Shown: piece by piece, positions 52,379-63,264 of the stretch | Numbering within the stretch: the stretch's first letter is position 1 | How the letters are laid out: the number at the start of each line of letters is the position of its first letter | Assembly (NCBI GenBank): GCA_964270895.1 | Contig: OZ185446.1 | Strand: one strand, 5' to 3' | Length of the DNA: 64,000 nt | DNA from: Podarcis filfolensis | Lineage: Eukaryota | Translations under genes and position numbers: made by a program | The notes under the pieces: generated by a model | What the model was told of the DNA's origin: nothing | The model's input: only the letters and a program-made list of their open reading frames with translations | The model's database searches: none

Positions 52379-52468
52379 GGCAACAATTCTATACACACTG
52401 ACCTGGGAATACGTACCATTGAACTCAATGGAGCTTACTTCCGAGTAGACCTGTGCAGGATTGCACTG
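52379..52468. mobile_element. Short (about 90 bp) palindromic interspersed repeat (gtaagtcccattgaactcaatgggacttac family)
   Basis: Self-complementary core; about 10 degenerate copies in the window (near 11283, 15035, 15207, 15415, 27873, 60478, 60607, 61215, 63345). Confidence 0.7.
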
Positions 52469-52859
52469 TTGGAGTAGTAAAACTAGGGTAGTCCAAGTGG
52501 GTTCACTCAGCCAAATGAAGTGCTGATTCATTCCTACTAAGTTATTTTTTTTAAATGCATTTTGTGTACTTTATGTTTAAAGAACAAGAAAGTCCCACTT
52601 TTTTTAGCATAGAAAAATATTTGATAAAAAACAACAACTGGGGGCAGTTGGAGCCCCTCAAAAAATCCTAGTGCTCCAAACTGCATCCAGTTCACCCACG
52701 CCACTCTGCTTAACTAAACTGCTTCTGATGAATTCTTCAAGAACCCAAAGTGACCTCTTCGTATGCCCCATACATCTTTAACTGCTAGATTTTAACTTCT
52801 ACTGCTGTGATCACAGCAGATTGCTTAAAGGATTGGAGCAACAGGTAATGTGCAGCACA

Positions 52860-52861
<2 letters not shown>

Positions 52862-52896
<35 letters not shown>

Positions 52897-52905
52897 ACAC
52901 ACACA
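52862..52905. repeat. (TG)n(CA)n self-complementary microsatellite
   Basis: Directly visible. Confidence 0.93.
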
Positions 52906-52967
52906 TACATTAAGTTCCATGGGACTTACTCTCAGATAAGTGTCTGTATAGTTTAGCCATCAATTGA

Positions 52968-53975
52968 TGTCATGGACTGGCTGGATACAGAGGAGTGATG
53001 GGAGGCACCAGCTGAGGAAACCCCAAGGGAACCCCCAGGGGAAGAAGCTCAGAACCAGGGGATTGGTGGTGGAATGATGATGAGTGGTCACCTGGGAAGA
53101 GGAGGTGTCAGAAGCTGAAGAAGCAACAGGGTTTAGTGAGCAGGAAGAGGCTGGGGCAGAGGACAATTCAGACTCAGAGGCAGGAGAGGTGGGGGAGGGG
53201 AGAAGAGGCAGACTGGAGGCAGCAGGGCCAGCTTACCCATAGGTGCTAAGGGTGCGGGGCACCTGGGCGTCAGGCTCTCAGGGGTGCCATGCCGAGAGTC
53301 CGGGCCGAGATTTGGAGTCCAGGGATTGAAGAGCCAGGCCAGCCGACAGCCGCTGCCGAGCAGAGCAGAGCCCATTGGAGTGTTGTGGGCTTTTCTGCTG
53401 GGGGCGCTGAGGCAGCCGGCTGGCTCCGCCCTGCTGTGTGCCTGGGATTGGCGGGCCGTTGAGAGGCCCACCCAGTGGTCGCATGCTACTCACAAGATGC
53501 ACCCAGCTTCCCTCGCAAGCCTCTGCAGGAAATGCTCTCCTCCTTCCACCTGCAGAGGCATGGGAGAGAGTTGCTCAAAAAAATGGGGGTGCTGGGCAGT
53601 TTTTTGCACCCCGGCACCGCCTATGCTAAAGACGGCCCTGGGAGCCAGGCTGCAGAAGAATCCAGGGAGTCTCCCCCTCCTGCTACAGCCAAATCTCCTG
53701 CCCACTGATCTCCCAGAACACACAGCAAAATCAAGAAGATGGAGCAACGAGTGGGAAGGAACTGCTTGGGGGAGGAGGAGACTTCAAGAGTGGTGGGGAG
53801 GCCTTCAGTCCTCACAACTGCTTCTTTTGGACAAGACCTACTGGGAAGGGATGCTGAGACTACTGCCTCTGTTAATGGTGAGCCCCCAGCCCAGAAAAGC
53901 TTTTGGATAACTTATCCTCTCTCTGGATAAATTGGGTGAAATGCCAGCCCATGTTTTCTGTGGAGAATTTTGACA
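52968..53975 (+). mobile_element. LTR-like element (probable solo LTR) with nested hAT MITE
   Basis: tgtca...tgaca termini; purine-rich U3-like body recalled as a lacertid LTR family; no TSD found, so the 3' end is uncertain. Confidence 0.6.
53223..53640. mobile_element. GC-rich hAT MITE
   Basis: TIR cagggccagc / gacggccctg; 8-bp TSD ggaggcag/ggagccag. Confidence 0.88.
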
Positions 53976-54964
53976 GGCCATTTCTGCACTGCTCCAAGTA
54001 TCATAGAACCATATGGAAGGGACCTGGAGGACCAACTGGTCCAACCCACTGTAATGCAGGAATATGCAGCCGGATCAAGCCTGCAACCTTGGTGTTATCA
54101 GCACCACGCTCCAAACAACTGAGCTACCCAGCTGACATATTGGCTCTAGCAAATATGACAAGATCTAGGCACAGCAACAAATTTGCCTAAGCATCTTCAG
54201 GCAGGACCTATATCAAGGATGGGGAAACCTCAGGACAGGGGACCAAACTCTCTCCAGGCCACACACCTCACAGGACAGTGGGCAGGGGGCTTCTGGGTCT
54301 GGGTCAAGTGTTTCCAAATCCTCATTGCTTAGTTTGGCCCTTGGCATGGCAGCCATGATAAGTGCAGTATTCCCATGTGTTTTTACCCAGCCAGCTCCTA
54401 CTTTCAGAGAGTTTATGATCCCTTTTCCAGGGGGTTCAGCGACGGGACAGGAAGGAAGCTCTCAGCTGACAAATCGAAGCATAACTTTTGAACTGAGCTC
54501 AAGTTAATTTCTATCTCGATTGCTCTTGCGCAAGATCGATTGCCATTTTCTGTAGGACACACAGGAGCCTTGGGGGAATCATGGAAGATAAAGTATGGAA
54601 AGGAGTGTCACTTTCCTGAAACCCTACAGAGAATGTAGAAGCTCTAAAACATAGCTCAATGCATGTGTCTCTTTGCATTCTTGATAGTGAAAAGGCCTTT
54701 GTTCAAAATTAGAGGAAAATATCACATTAAAGAGAGTGAATACTTCGGGGACTAATGTCTTTATCTTAGAAATATGGCTCACATGGTGCACCAAGATAAC
54801 TAAAAAATTAGATTATTTGCCTCCTGAGAGTAGCATCAAACTATAGCTGGTTAGAGACCTTTAAATCTTGCTCCACAATTTCCCCCCAAAATGTATTATC
54901 TCCCAAAGGGTTATTTTTGCTTGAATTATGCTCTTTGGTTCCCTTTCCTCATTTTTCACAGCAT

Positions 54965-54976
54965 CACATGCGCGTG

Positions 54977-55013
<37 letters not shown>
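54965..55013. repeat. Alternating purine-pyrimidine tract (catgcgcgtgcacg(CA)n), potential Z-DNA
   Basis: Directly visible. Confidence 0.85.
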
Positions 55014-55015
<2 letters not shown>

Positions 55016-55829
55016 TATTTATTTATTTGTTGTGTGCTGACTGCAAGATACTACATTATGTTCTGTGAAGGAAAAAGAAAATCTACACTCATGTCCTTGA
55101 CAAGGAGAAGGGAATACTGGGAGAATCCAGTGCAACTGCAGCCAGATATCTGCAAGGCATTACAGTAGCAAGGGATTTGGGTGGCACAGATAACCTCCAT
55201 GTTGGGGGGGGGCTTTTTCGGCCCAAGAGCTGCATTCCTTTGTGGGCAACCTTTTGGGTGGGGCCAGAGACACAAGTGGTCAGAGCCATGGAGGTGACTT
55301 TGCACAATGGGATGCAGTCCAACCATGCAGAAGTCTGAGATTGCTACACCCTCACCTTTATTCAGGCAACCAAGAGGCAGTATCACAGCAGAGGACAGTT
55401 CTCTATTGAAGTCTGGCTTTAAAGATTAAAGAGTCAGAAGAGGGGAGAGCAGGGGCCTGGAAGCTGCCCACCAACAGTTAGCTTCTGAACAGCCAACTGA
55501 GCAGGCACACAAGTCAGTGGGTGAGAGTCTTCCCATTGCTATGAGAAGAACTGTATTTGGATAGCAATTAATTCCAGATCTGCAGCTGTAGGTATAAATT
55601 GGCACATGCAACTTCAATGCAAACCTGTTTCCTCTTTTTGGGTGACATGTCTTCCTTTTGGCCACATCACAAAGAAGCAACTTTGGGCTCCTTTGAAGAC
55701 CCTTCAAGTGCCCTTATTTTCCAGGAACAGTTCTGGATTTACTGAAGCCGTTCTGGTTTCTGATTTGATCCCGGAATGTCCTGCTTTTCCTTAAGATCTC
55801 TCTATTTTCATCCAAGAAGGGTCTGGAGT

Positions 55830-56230
55830 GTGGAACCCCCCCCCCCAGAACCAAGAAGATAAATCTGCTCACCCCTTTTGGTGCGGCAGTGTTGCAGGAT
55901 GGCAGAGGCTCCACTGGGGCCCCCACGATGGAACCATGGCTTGGTGCCCTTCCTGGTAGGGGGGTTGGGGTGCATAAGCTCCCACCACCAATCAGGAGCC
56001 AGATCCTGGCCTGCACCCTGCTTTGGCAAATGGGGATGCGGGCTGGAACTTGGGCTGTGCCAAGGGGCGGAGCCAATGGAGTGGGAAGGCTTCTACTGGA
56101 TCCGCCCCCTGGCCATTTAAGCAGCCTGCACCTGAGGTACTACCTTGTTTGTTCCTTCGTCGGTTTTCTTGCTTCACCTCTCCGTTGGGTTCTGCTTCAT
56201 CTCTCCATCGAATTCTGTTGCCGTCCTCAC
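55830..56230 (+). mobile_element. About 400-bp LTR-like insertion with promoter motifs
   Basis: Interrupts the composite between ggagt and tatgcga; contains GGGGCGGAGCCAAT (56064-56077), ccgccccc (56102-56109), TTTAA (56116-56120); no clear TSD or AATAAA. Confidence 0.4.
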
Positions 56231-56345
56231 TATGCGAACCAAGGAGATAAGTAACTATACAGCCTTTAGAAGACATCCGAAGGCAGCCCTGTATAGGGAA
56301 GGTTTTTTATATTTAATGTTTTCTTATGTTTTTATACATGTTGGA

Positions 56346-56590
56346 TTCCTGCCAACCCAGCAGTTCGAAACCACGTCAAAGTGCAAGTAGATAAATAGGT
56401 ACTGCTCCGGCGGGAAGGTAAACAGCGTTTCCGTGCACTGCTCTGGTTCGCCAGAAGTGACTTAGTCATGCTGGCCACATGACCCAGAAGCTGTACGCCG
56501 GCTCCCTTGGCCAATAAAGCGAGATGAGCGCTCCAACCCCAGAGTCGGTCACAACTGGACCTAATGGTGAGGGGTCCCTTTACCTTTACC
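56346..56590 (+). mobile_element. Sauria SINE, 5'-truncated
   Basis: 15-bp TSD tttatacatgttgga at 56331-56345 and 56591-56605. Confidence 0.96.
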
Positions 56591-56647
56591 TTTATACATG
56601 TTGGAAGCCTCCCAGAGTGGCTGGGGCAACCCAGCCAGGTGGGCAGG

Positions 56648-56693
<46 letters not shown>

Positions 56694-58433
56694 ATAGGAC
56701 TTCCCTATTTTCATTGGAGAAATGTTGGAGGGTATGTCACATTTCAAGGAAACATTTTAGCCAGGCAGAAGCGCTCAAGGAGTGTGGGGAGAAGGGCTGG
56801 TGAGGAGCATGACTTGGAGAGAGTCCCGAGAGACACAGAGAAAGGTTTGGTAGGCTGCATTCAGCCTTCAGGCCTCGTGTTCTGTGCCACTGCTCCCTGT
56901 GATAGTTACGTGCAAAACCTGATACTTAAAAATAAAGGTCTTTTGCAAAAGAGATTGGAAGAGATACCTTCACCAAGAATATAAACCCCTATCATTGAAG
57001 GGAATTTTCTTTTTGAGATAGAAAAACTGCTTCTGGAAACCTTCCCCAGGGCAAGAGCTCTTTTCGATGAACCTCATGATTCAGAAGCTGCTGCTGTCCA
57101 TTCCTGCCAAGTCCAGGGCAATTCAAGACCAGAACTAGCACGACAGGTTCCGATACCTGTGAACTTTTACCTCCATAGTTAATGACAAAAGTGATTTAGA
57201 TATGAGGGGAGGAAAAGAAAAGCTGGGGAGTGAACTCTCTGTCTGGTCTTCGCAACGAAGACTGCTCAGCTAACTGTCAAACCTGTCTGCAGGAAGACCT
57301 GCTTCCTGACTTGCATTGTTCTATCAAAATCCCAGGTTTAATTATATACATAATAAAATGCTTGACCGCGAGAGTCCCTGGGTAGCTTTTGGCAAATTCC
57401 TCAGCCTAACATCAGTCTGAGGGTTGCTGTGAGGATAAATGAAAAAGACTTGCAAAGCATTTGGCACAGAGAAATTAAATACAGTTATTGCAATGGTTTT
57501 AATTTGGTTATTACAATCTGCTTTAAAGAAAGGAACAGAGTGGGAGTTGTCTTCCACCCAAAGTTAAAGCAAAACAAACCTTCCTTAAGTGTTTCTTACA
57601 GCACCATTGTGTTACCATTGGCAAATACTTGTTACCAGATGGCTCCGGCACCCATGTCTTTGATTATTATTATCCCCACCCCCTGCCAATATCCGATTTC
57701 TCTGCCTTGACATCTGATGAGCCATCTTAAAATCAAAAATATGTTCCGTATAATGACATTGCCTGAAACAAGGGCCCAATAATCAGTGTCCGACCCTCAA
57801 GGTCACCTGGTCAGCTTGTGATTACAGCAGCAGCTTTCCTGCTTGCTATTGTCCTATGTCTGTGGCAGGTCAATGGAAAAAAATGTGCTTTAAACACCAT
57901 AGTGTCTGATTGTGCAATTCCTAAATCAGTGTCATTGATTATTCACACCGCCGGACTGCTCAAAGCTGGGGAAGTAATTAGGGCTTTTTGTGTGGATTAT
58001 CCACCGAGAAAAGGTCAAATAACTACAAACAGTGCCAGAAAACAGGAGCCACCAAGGACCTCAGTCTCCGTGATCGGTTAAGAAATGCTCGAGCAGGGGC
58101 TTGATAATGATGTGCTTATGCCAGGTTCTGCAGAATTTGATCATTCTGTCATAGAAATCCAATGAAGCATGAGTGATGGTTCCTTTTCCCCTGGAAGCTT
58201 GCTTTAGGTCCCCAATGCCCATCAAACAAGTTTGTCATGCCAAACTTGACTGAGAAGAATTTAAAAGGCAGTTTTTGTTCCGAAGGGAAATCCGAATATG
58301 TATATCCATGCGTGTACATTAAAGTCATTCGTTGTCAAGTGACGTTCATTTCTAATTCAGAGAAAGGCGGTAATTATCTTTTCTTGATATGCAAGCTGCT
58401 TTAGCCGTCTCCTCCTTTCCTGCTTCTTATTAC

Positions 58434-58726
58434 CCATCCTTCATTGTAGTGAATCCAAATATCTATTTCAAAATAGTCATCTGTAAAAAGGATCGGTGTC
58501 TGCAAATTACATTTCTCCTTCTACTGATATGCAATAGAAATAGCTGTGGATGTGTAACAGAATCTCTGGCACCTTGTCACATTTACATAGGGGATCATAA
58601 TACAGATACAACAGAGTTTAAACCTGGGTCTGTCTTAATGGGAGAAAGAGGTGGTGTTGTCTGATTTAAGGGGTTTGGGGAGCTGACTCCTCCATCTTCC
58701 TGTGCCTTCCTTTCCTCCCCGCTGGT
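58434..58726 (-). other. Candidate two-exon segment (58624-58726, 58434-58480)
   Basis: AG/GT-bounded and phase-compatible; joins to TSGEERKAQEDGGVSSPNPLNQTTPPLSPIKTDPDDYFEIDIWIHYNEGW; first donor (gtttaa) weak; no recognised homology. Confidence 0.2.
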
Positions 58727-60647
58727 CTGTGAATATACACACAACATTGCCCACAATTCACCTCTATACCGTAGTTTCTTAAGAAACACTGTGTTTTGAT
58801 GGGTTTTCCTCCAAACGAGCGTTACATTTGAAAATGTAAACCATATGAAGGCATCCACACACCCTCTCTGCCCACTGGTGTGGACAAACAGGGTGACTTG
58901 AAAGACGCATCCAACCGTACTGAAATGTACGCCAAAGTACAAGTGTGATTTGAAATGCAGCAAGAGGGAACAACCTCGCTGTGTTTCCAGGTAGTAATGT
59001 GTACACAGCCTCAGTCTGTTGCTCCAGACGCTCTGCCCCCAATCTGGGCTTGCTCCAAATATTGGAGTTAGTACATCAGGCTGCCAGAGGTGAGCTAAGG
59101 AGGGGGAAAGCTCTGTGCTCCTTTAGCCCTGATAACCAGGCCACCCTATTTGCAATTTACAAGTGGGTCTAACATAGTCATGCCTAGTTTTGGCCTGAGA
59201 GTCTTTTGCATTGCCACTCAGACAGGTTTTCACCCGTAAAAAATGCTGGCGTTGTTTTAAATGAAATTCTTCCGTCGCTGTAAGAGTTATTCTGTGTTGT
59301 GATTTACACATTGTAATCCTGCTTCTGAAGCACACTTCTTAGCACCCATAACTTTCCTATCAAAATCTGCATTCTGTCATGGAGTGAAGCTTTCTTTCAG
59401 CAGGCGGCCCGAGCGCAGGGCATGGAGAGGGTGCCATACATCAATGCACCCTTTTTAGAACACAAAGCAATGATGTATTCAATTAGGTTGGAAATAAAAC
59501 TTCTCAGCTTCCTTATCATAAATCTTTTAGTAACCCGCCTGCATCACATGTTCGCCGAGGAAATAATACATGTCGTTCAGACTAAGGGGCTATTGTAGAT
59601 TGCTGAGGGAATCGTGAAATTCTGGAGGTTTCAGCAGTCCTGTGAAACCTTGCGACCAAGTAAGTGTACAAATTAGAAAAGGATGTAATATGTGACTAAT
59701 GATATCTCTTGGGATACCTTTGGAGCTTATGCTTACTGTTATGATCATGGGGCCCACGTAACCTGCAGGAGTTGAAAAGAAATGCCCTGGTAAAATGAAA
59801 GCACCTCTCCGTTCGTTAGATGTGACTGTAATTTAAGCTCAGAAGGCATTTTCTTTTCTTCTTTTTTTGTCATTCCTCGTGTTTTCTGGAATTCTAGTGC
59901 TTCAGCGCCTAATAAAAGCGGCAGACATCATGAGAACATAATCTACCGTTCCTGTAAAACACATTTACACCTCGCCATCTGCAGAAGCACCACGGTCTGA
60001 ATAGCAGCCTAATTCACCCCAGATGGCACTTTAAAATGAAGCCTTGCAGAGGAGCTACTGTTTAGATTTTGTGATGGTCACACACACTGCGAATCCAAGC
60101 ACTGTCAGTGAGTGATAAGTATTAGAAAATACACACACAATCTAAGGCTTTCCACCATGCAGATTGCTCAATCCCTAATTTTTTTGGAGAAAGCATCTTG
60201 TGGTGACACAGAAATGGGCCTTCTCTGTACCTGGGACAAACTTTGAAATGATATTCCCTCTGTTTCTGTCATTGACCAAAAAATATATCTTTTTGCAGAA
60301 GCATTTCCCAACATTTATGCCAGCTTTCAATGACCTTAGTATTCTAATTGTGATTCCCCCTGTTTTATTGTTGTCTTTTATTGAGACAGTGATTGCTCCT
60401 TTTTTATTGTTGTAAACAACCCTTAGATTTATTTTTAACTGAAAAGGAGTCCAGAAATTACTTTAAATAAACAAGGATTAAGTCCCATTGAAATCAATGG
60501 AAGCTGAGCTAGTGGTGGCCAAGTCTCATTCCATTGTTTTCACTATGAGTACTTTTTCCTGGATCATACCCTTGTCAGGGGTGGATACCATGGGTTGGAT
60601 CCAAAGACTGCAGTCCAAAACACATTTTAGGAGTTAGTCTCATTGAT

Positions 60648-61157
60648 TGTCAGGAACGTGGCCCCCCAGAGCACAGGGGATGAGTTAGACTCAGAGACTG
60701 AACTAAGTGAACGAGGGATCAACTCTGCAGATGAGAATTGGCTGACAGAATTGAGAAAGTATTGTCCAACCCCAATTCACGGGGAAGACTCTATTAGCTC
60801 TTAAGAAGAGGAAGAGTTGGAAGGCAGCCAGAGCATTGCTAGGCAATCAGCAGATAAGCAGAGGTCTGAGGCTGTGTCGAGTGAGAGTGGGGAGGAGATG
60901 GGATGTCAGTCTCTCAGTCCCCGTTCTTGGCATTTGGATAAAATCAGATGGCAATGGAAGGGCAAGGGGAGAAAGGTGGGAGTCTGGCATCTTCCCTGCT
61001 GTGGGAGGGGCAAAACTTCAGACTGAACAACAAATGTAAATGCGAGCAGGCAAAAAGCCAGGCTCTAGGTGTGTTTTTTTTGTAAATAAACATACATAAA
61101 CTTGCTGGGAGTCATTACTTCTTATTGGGGCTTGCTTGGTTGCCAGAGATCATTACA
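60648..61157 (+). mobile_element. Solo LTR (510 bp)
   Basis: TG...CA termini, perfect 5-bp TSD ttgat, AATAAA at 61085-61090; splits a copy of the short palindromic repeat. Confidence 0.9.
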
Positions 61158-61387
61158 TTGATCTCCATAGGGCTTAGCTGTGAGTGCACATGCATAGGAT
61201 TGTGCATTAAGTTAGTTGAACTTAGATCCCATTGAAATCAATGGGATGTAATTGTAACTAGCTCAGTCTGGATACAACCCAATATATTTAATTGCCTATA
61301 AGCAGGTGGTCATGGATTTGATGTGCTGTGGGACACAAGGAAGACCAGCCTTTTTGATATTTTAAGGCACTTTCAGACAGGGGTGTC

Positions 61388-61653
61388 AAGAAGAAGAAGA
61401 AGAAGGGGAGGAGGAGGAGGAGTTTGGATTTGATATCCTGCTTTATCACTACCCAAAGGAGTCTCAAAGCGGCTAACATTCTCCTTTCCCTTCCTCCCTC
61501 ACAACAAACACTCTGTGAGGTGAGTGGGGCTGAGAGACTTCAGAGAAGTGTGACTAGCCCAAGGTCACCCAGCAGCTGCATGTGGAGCGGAGACGCGAAC
61601 CCGGTTCCCCAGATTATGAGTCTACCGCTCTTAACCACTACACCGCACTGGCC
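61388..61653 (-). mobile_element. Squam3-like tRNA/CORE SINE
   Basis: Reverse complement of the 4190 copy, with (AAG)n(GAG)n tail. Confidence 0.9.
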
Positions 61654-62914
61654 ATATTGGGGGGAGGGGCAAGGTAATCTCCACCCTACATAATTGATCA
61701 AAAGATGCAGCACATGCACACAATTTGAATGGCAATGCCCATAATCTTTGTGGGCGGGGTGGCCCCCTCAAATATTTTATGGGGGGACTGAAGGGACCTC
61801 GGTCCCTGGGAGTTGACTCCTGTGCTTTCAGATTACCTGTTTATTGAGCATTCACCCTGATTGGTTTGCAGGGGGAATAGACAACACTGTCTCTTTAGCG
61901 AATATTCATTCTGATTTGTTTGCAGGGTGGGGGCGTTAAATGATGTTACATCAAAGGAAGTGCTATCCCATACTGGAGTGTATTTTCCTTATTGTCTTTT
62001 TTGGGGGGATGAGAACAGGGTTCATTGTGCAAGATCATCCAATCAACTAGAATGGCACAACTTGACTCTGCAGGGATTTGATTGAACCCCTCCCCAAAAC
62101 AGCAATGGCCTGGAAGCACCCTTTGACCCAGGAGTGAAGCTTCCGGTGGTGTCAATGGAAACAGTCTCCTGGAGCTAATGGAAATTTGAGAGGACGGAGG
62201 GTAATCCCTCTCCACCCGGTCGCAATCCAATTTGGTCACCAAATAACAAAACATGTTTTGATCTTGAGAAGGAGGGAGGGGAATTGTCTAAGCATTTTTC
62301 AAGCAACTGTTACGAGCATCAAGAGACACCAGAGCAAAATAAGCACCTGATTTCTGAGCTCCCCAGTTTAGTGTTAAGAAACCAGGTAAGTTGTGCCAGG
62401 TACATTATTGTGTGAGATGAACAGCATAGACACACCATTAGAATTATTTCCACTAAGCTCTATAGTGGTTAACCCATATTGAGTGCTATTTGAAAGGCAC
62501 ATCTTCTCTCTCCTTTATTAGGGATGCTTGCACTGTAGCTCAGCCTTATGGATCTGTCCGGAGGGAACAATCTCATAAAAATAAGATTTGTACCTTTGTG
62601 TCGTCTCATTCCAGTCCTTTATAAATTACGGTAACAACATTTTCTGCAGCGGCATTTAGGAAGACAGAGAGGTCAACGGTTGCTCTGCAAGCAGAGAAAA
62701 CTGTCCTGTTGATGTGATGGACTGTGAACTTGGGGGGAATGCAGAAGACCAGCTTTTGATATGGTTAATGTGGGAAGTTTGCCCCCTTCTTAAATGTTGT
62801 TTACTTTTGGAGATTCACCTGTTGGGTGAGATAATAGAGCAACCGAATAATATTCATCCAGCCAGCATGTTCCATGGTGAGTGTTAGTCCAAAACATCTG
62901 GAGGACACTAAGTT

Positions 62915-63264
62915 GGGTGGTGCTGTGGGTTAAACCACAGAGCCTAGGGCTTGCTGATCAGAAGGTCGGCGGTTCGAATCCCCACGACAGGGTGAGCTCC
63001 CGTTGCTCGTTCCCTGCTCCTGCCACCCTAACAGTTCAAAAGCACATCAAAGTGCAAGTAGATAAATAGGTACCACTCCGGCGGGAAGGTAAACGGTGTT
63101 TACGTGCGCTGCTCTGGTTCGCCAGAAGCGGCTTAGTCACGCTGGCCACATGACCTGGAAGCTGTAAGCAGGCTCCCTTGGCCAATAAAGCAAGATGAGC
63201 GCCGCAACCCCAGAGTCATCCGCGACTGGACCTAATGGTCAGGGGTCCCTTTACTTTACCTTTA
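62915..63264 (+). mobile_element. Near full-length Sauria SINE
   Basis: B box ggttcgaatcc, body and tttacc tail; inserted in a hAT MITE remnant. Confidence 0.96.

Larger units (their letters stand above)
55697..56736 (-). mobile_element. Composite MITE/L2-tail element, copy 3 (inverted, with two nested insertions)
   Basis: Ends ...ggagaaatgttggagggtatg at 56736; (TTA)n 56650-56691; L2 tail; complete MITE at about 55697-55829. Confidence 0.75.

Noticed and set aside
53284-53910. 208-aa ORF, the longest in the window
   Set aside because: Spans a hAT MITE/LTR junction in GC-rich repeat DNA, has ORFs in several frames and no domain motif.
48618-56744. Hypothesis that the whole 8.1-kb inverted-arm region is one intact transposon
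   Set aside because: Outer flanks (gtcagaag vs tcacattt) show no TSD and the spacer has no transposase ORF; kept only as an alternative within the finding.
57818-58081. ORF with a signal-peptide-like N-terminus (ITAAAFLLAIVLCLWQVNG)
   Set aside because: GTG start, no recognisable mature domain, no supporting splice structure.
59970-60030. Possible CTCF sites
   Set aside because: Two or more mismatches to the core consensus; better explained as E-boxes or chance.
62269-62590. Plus-strand open segment ending CAG|gtaagt at 62385 plus a downstream acceptor
   Set aside because: Weak upstream acceptor; the spliced frame terminates after 18 codons; insufficient support.
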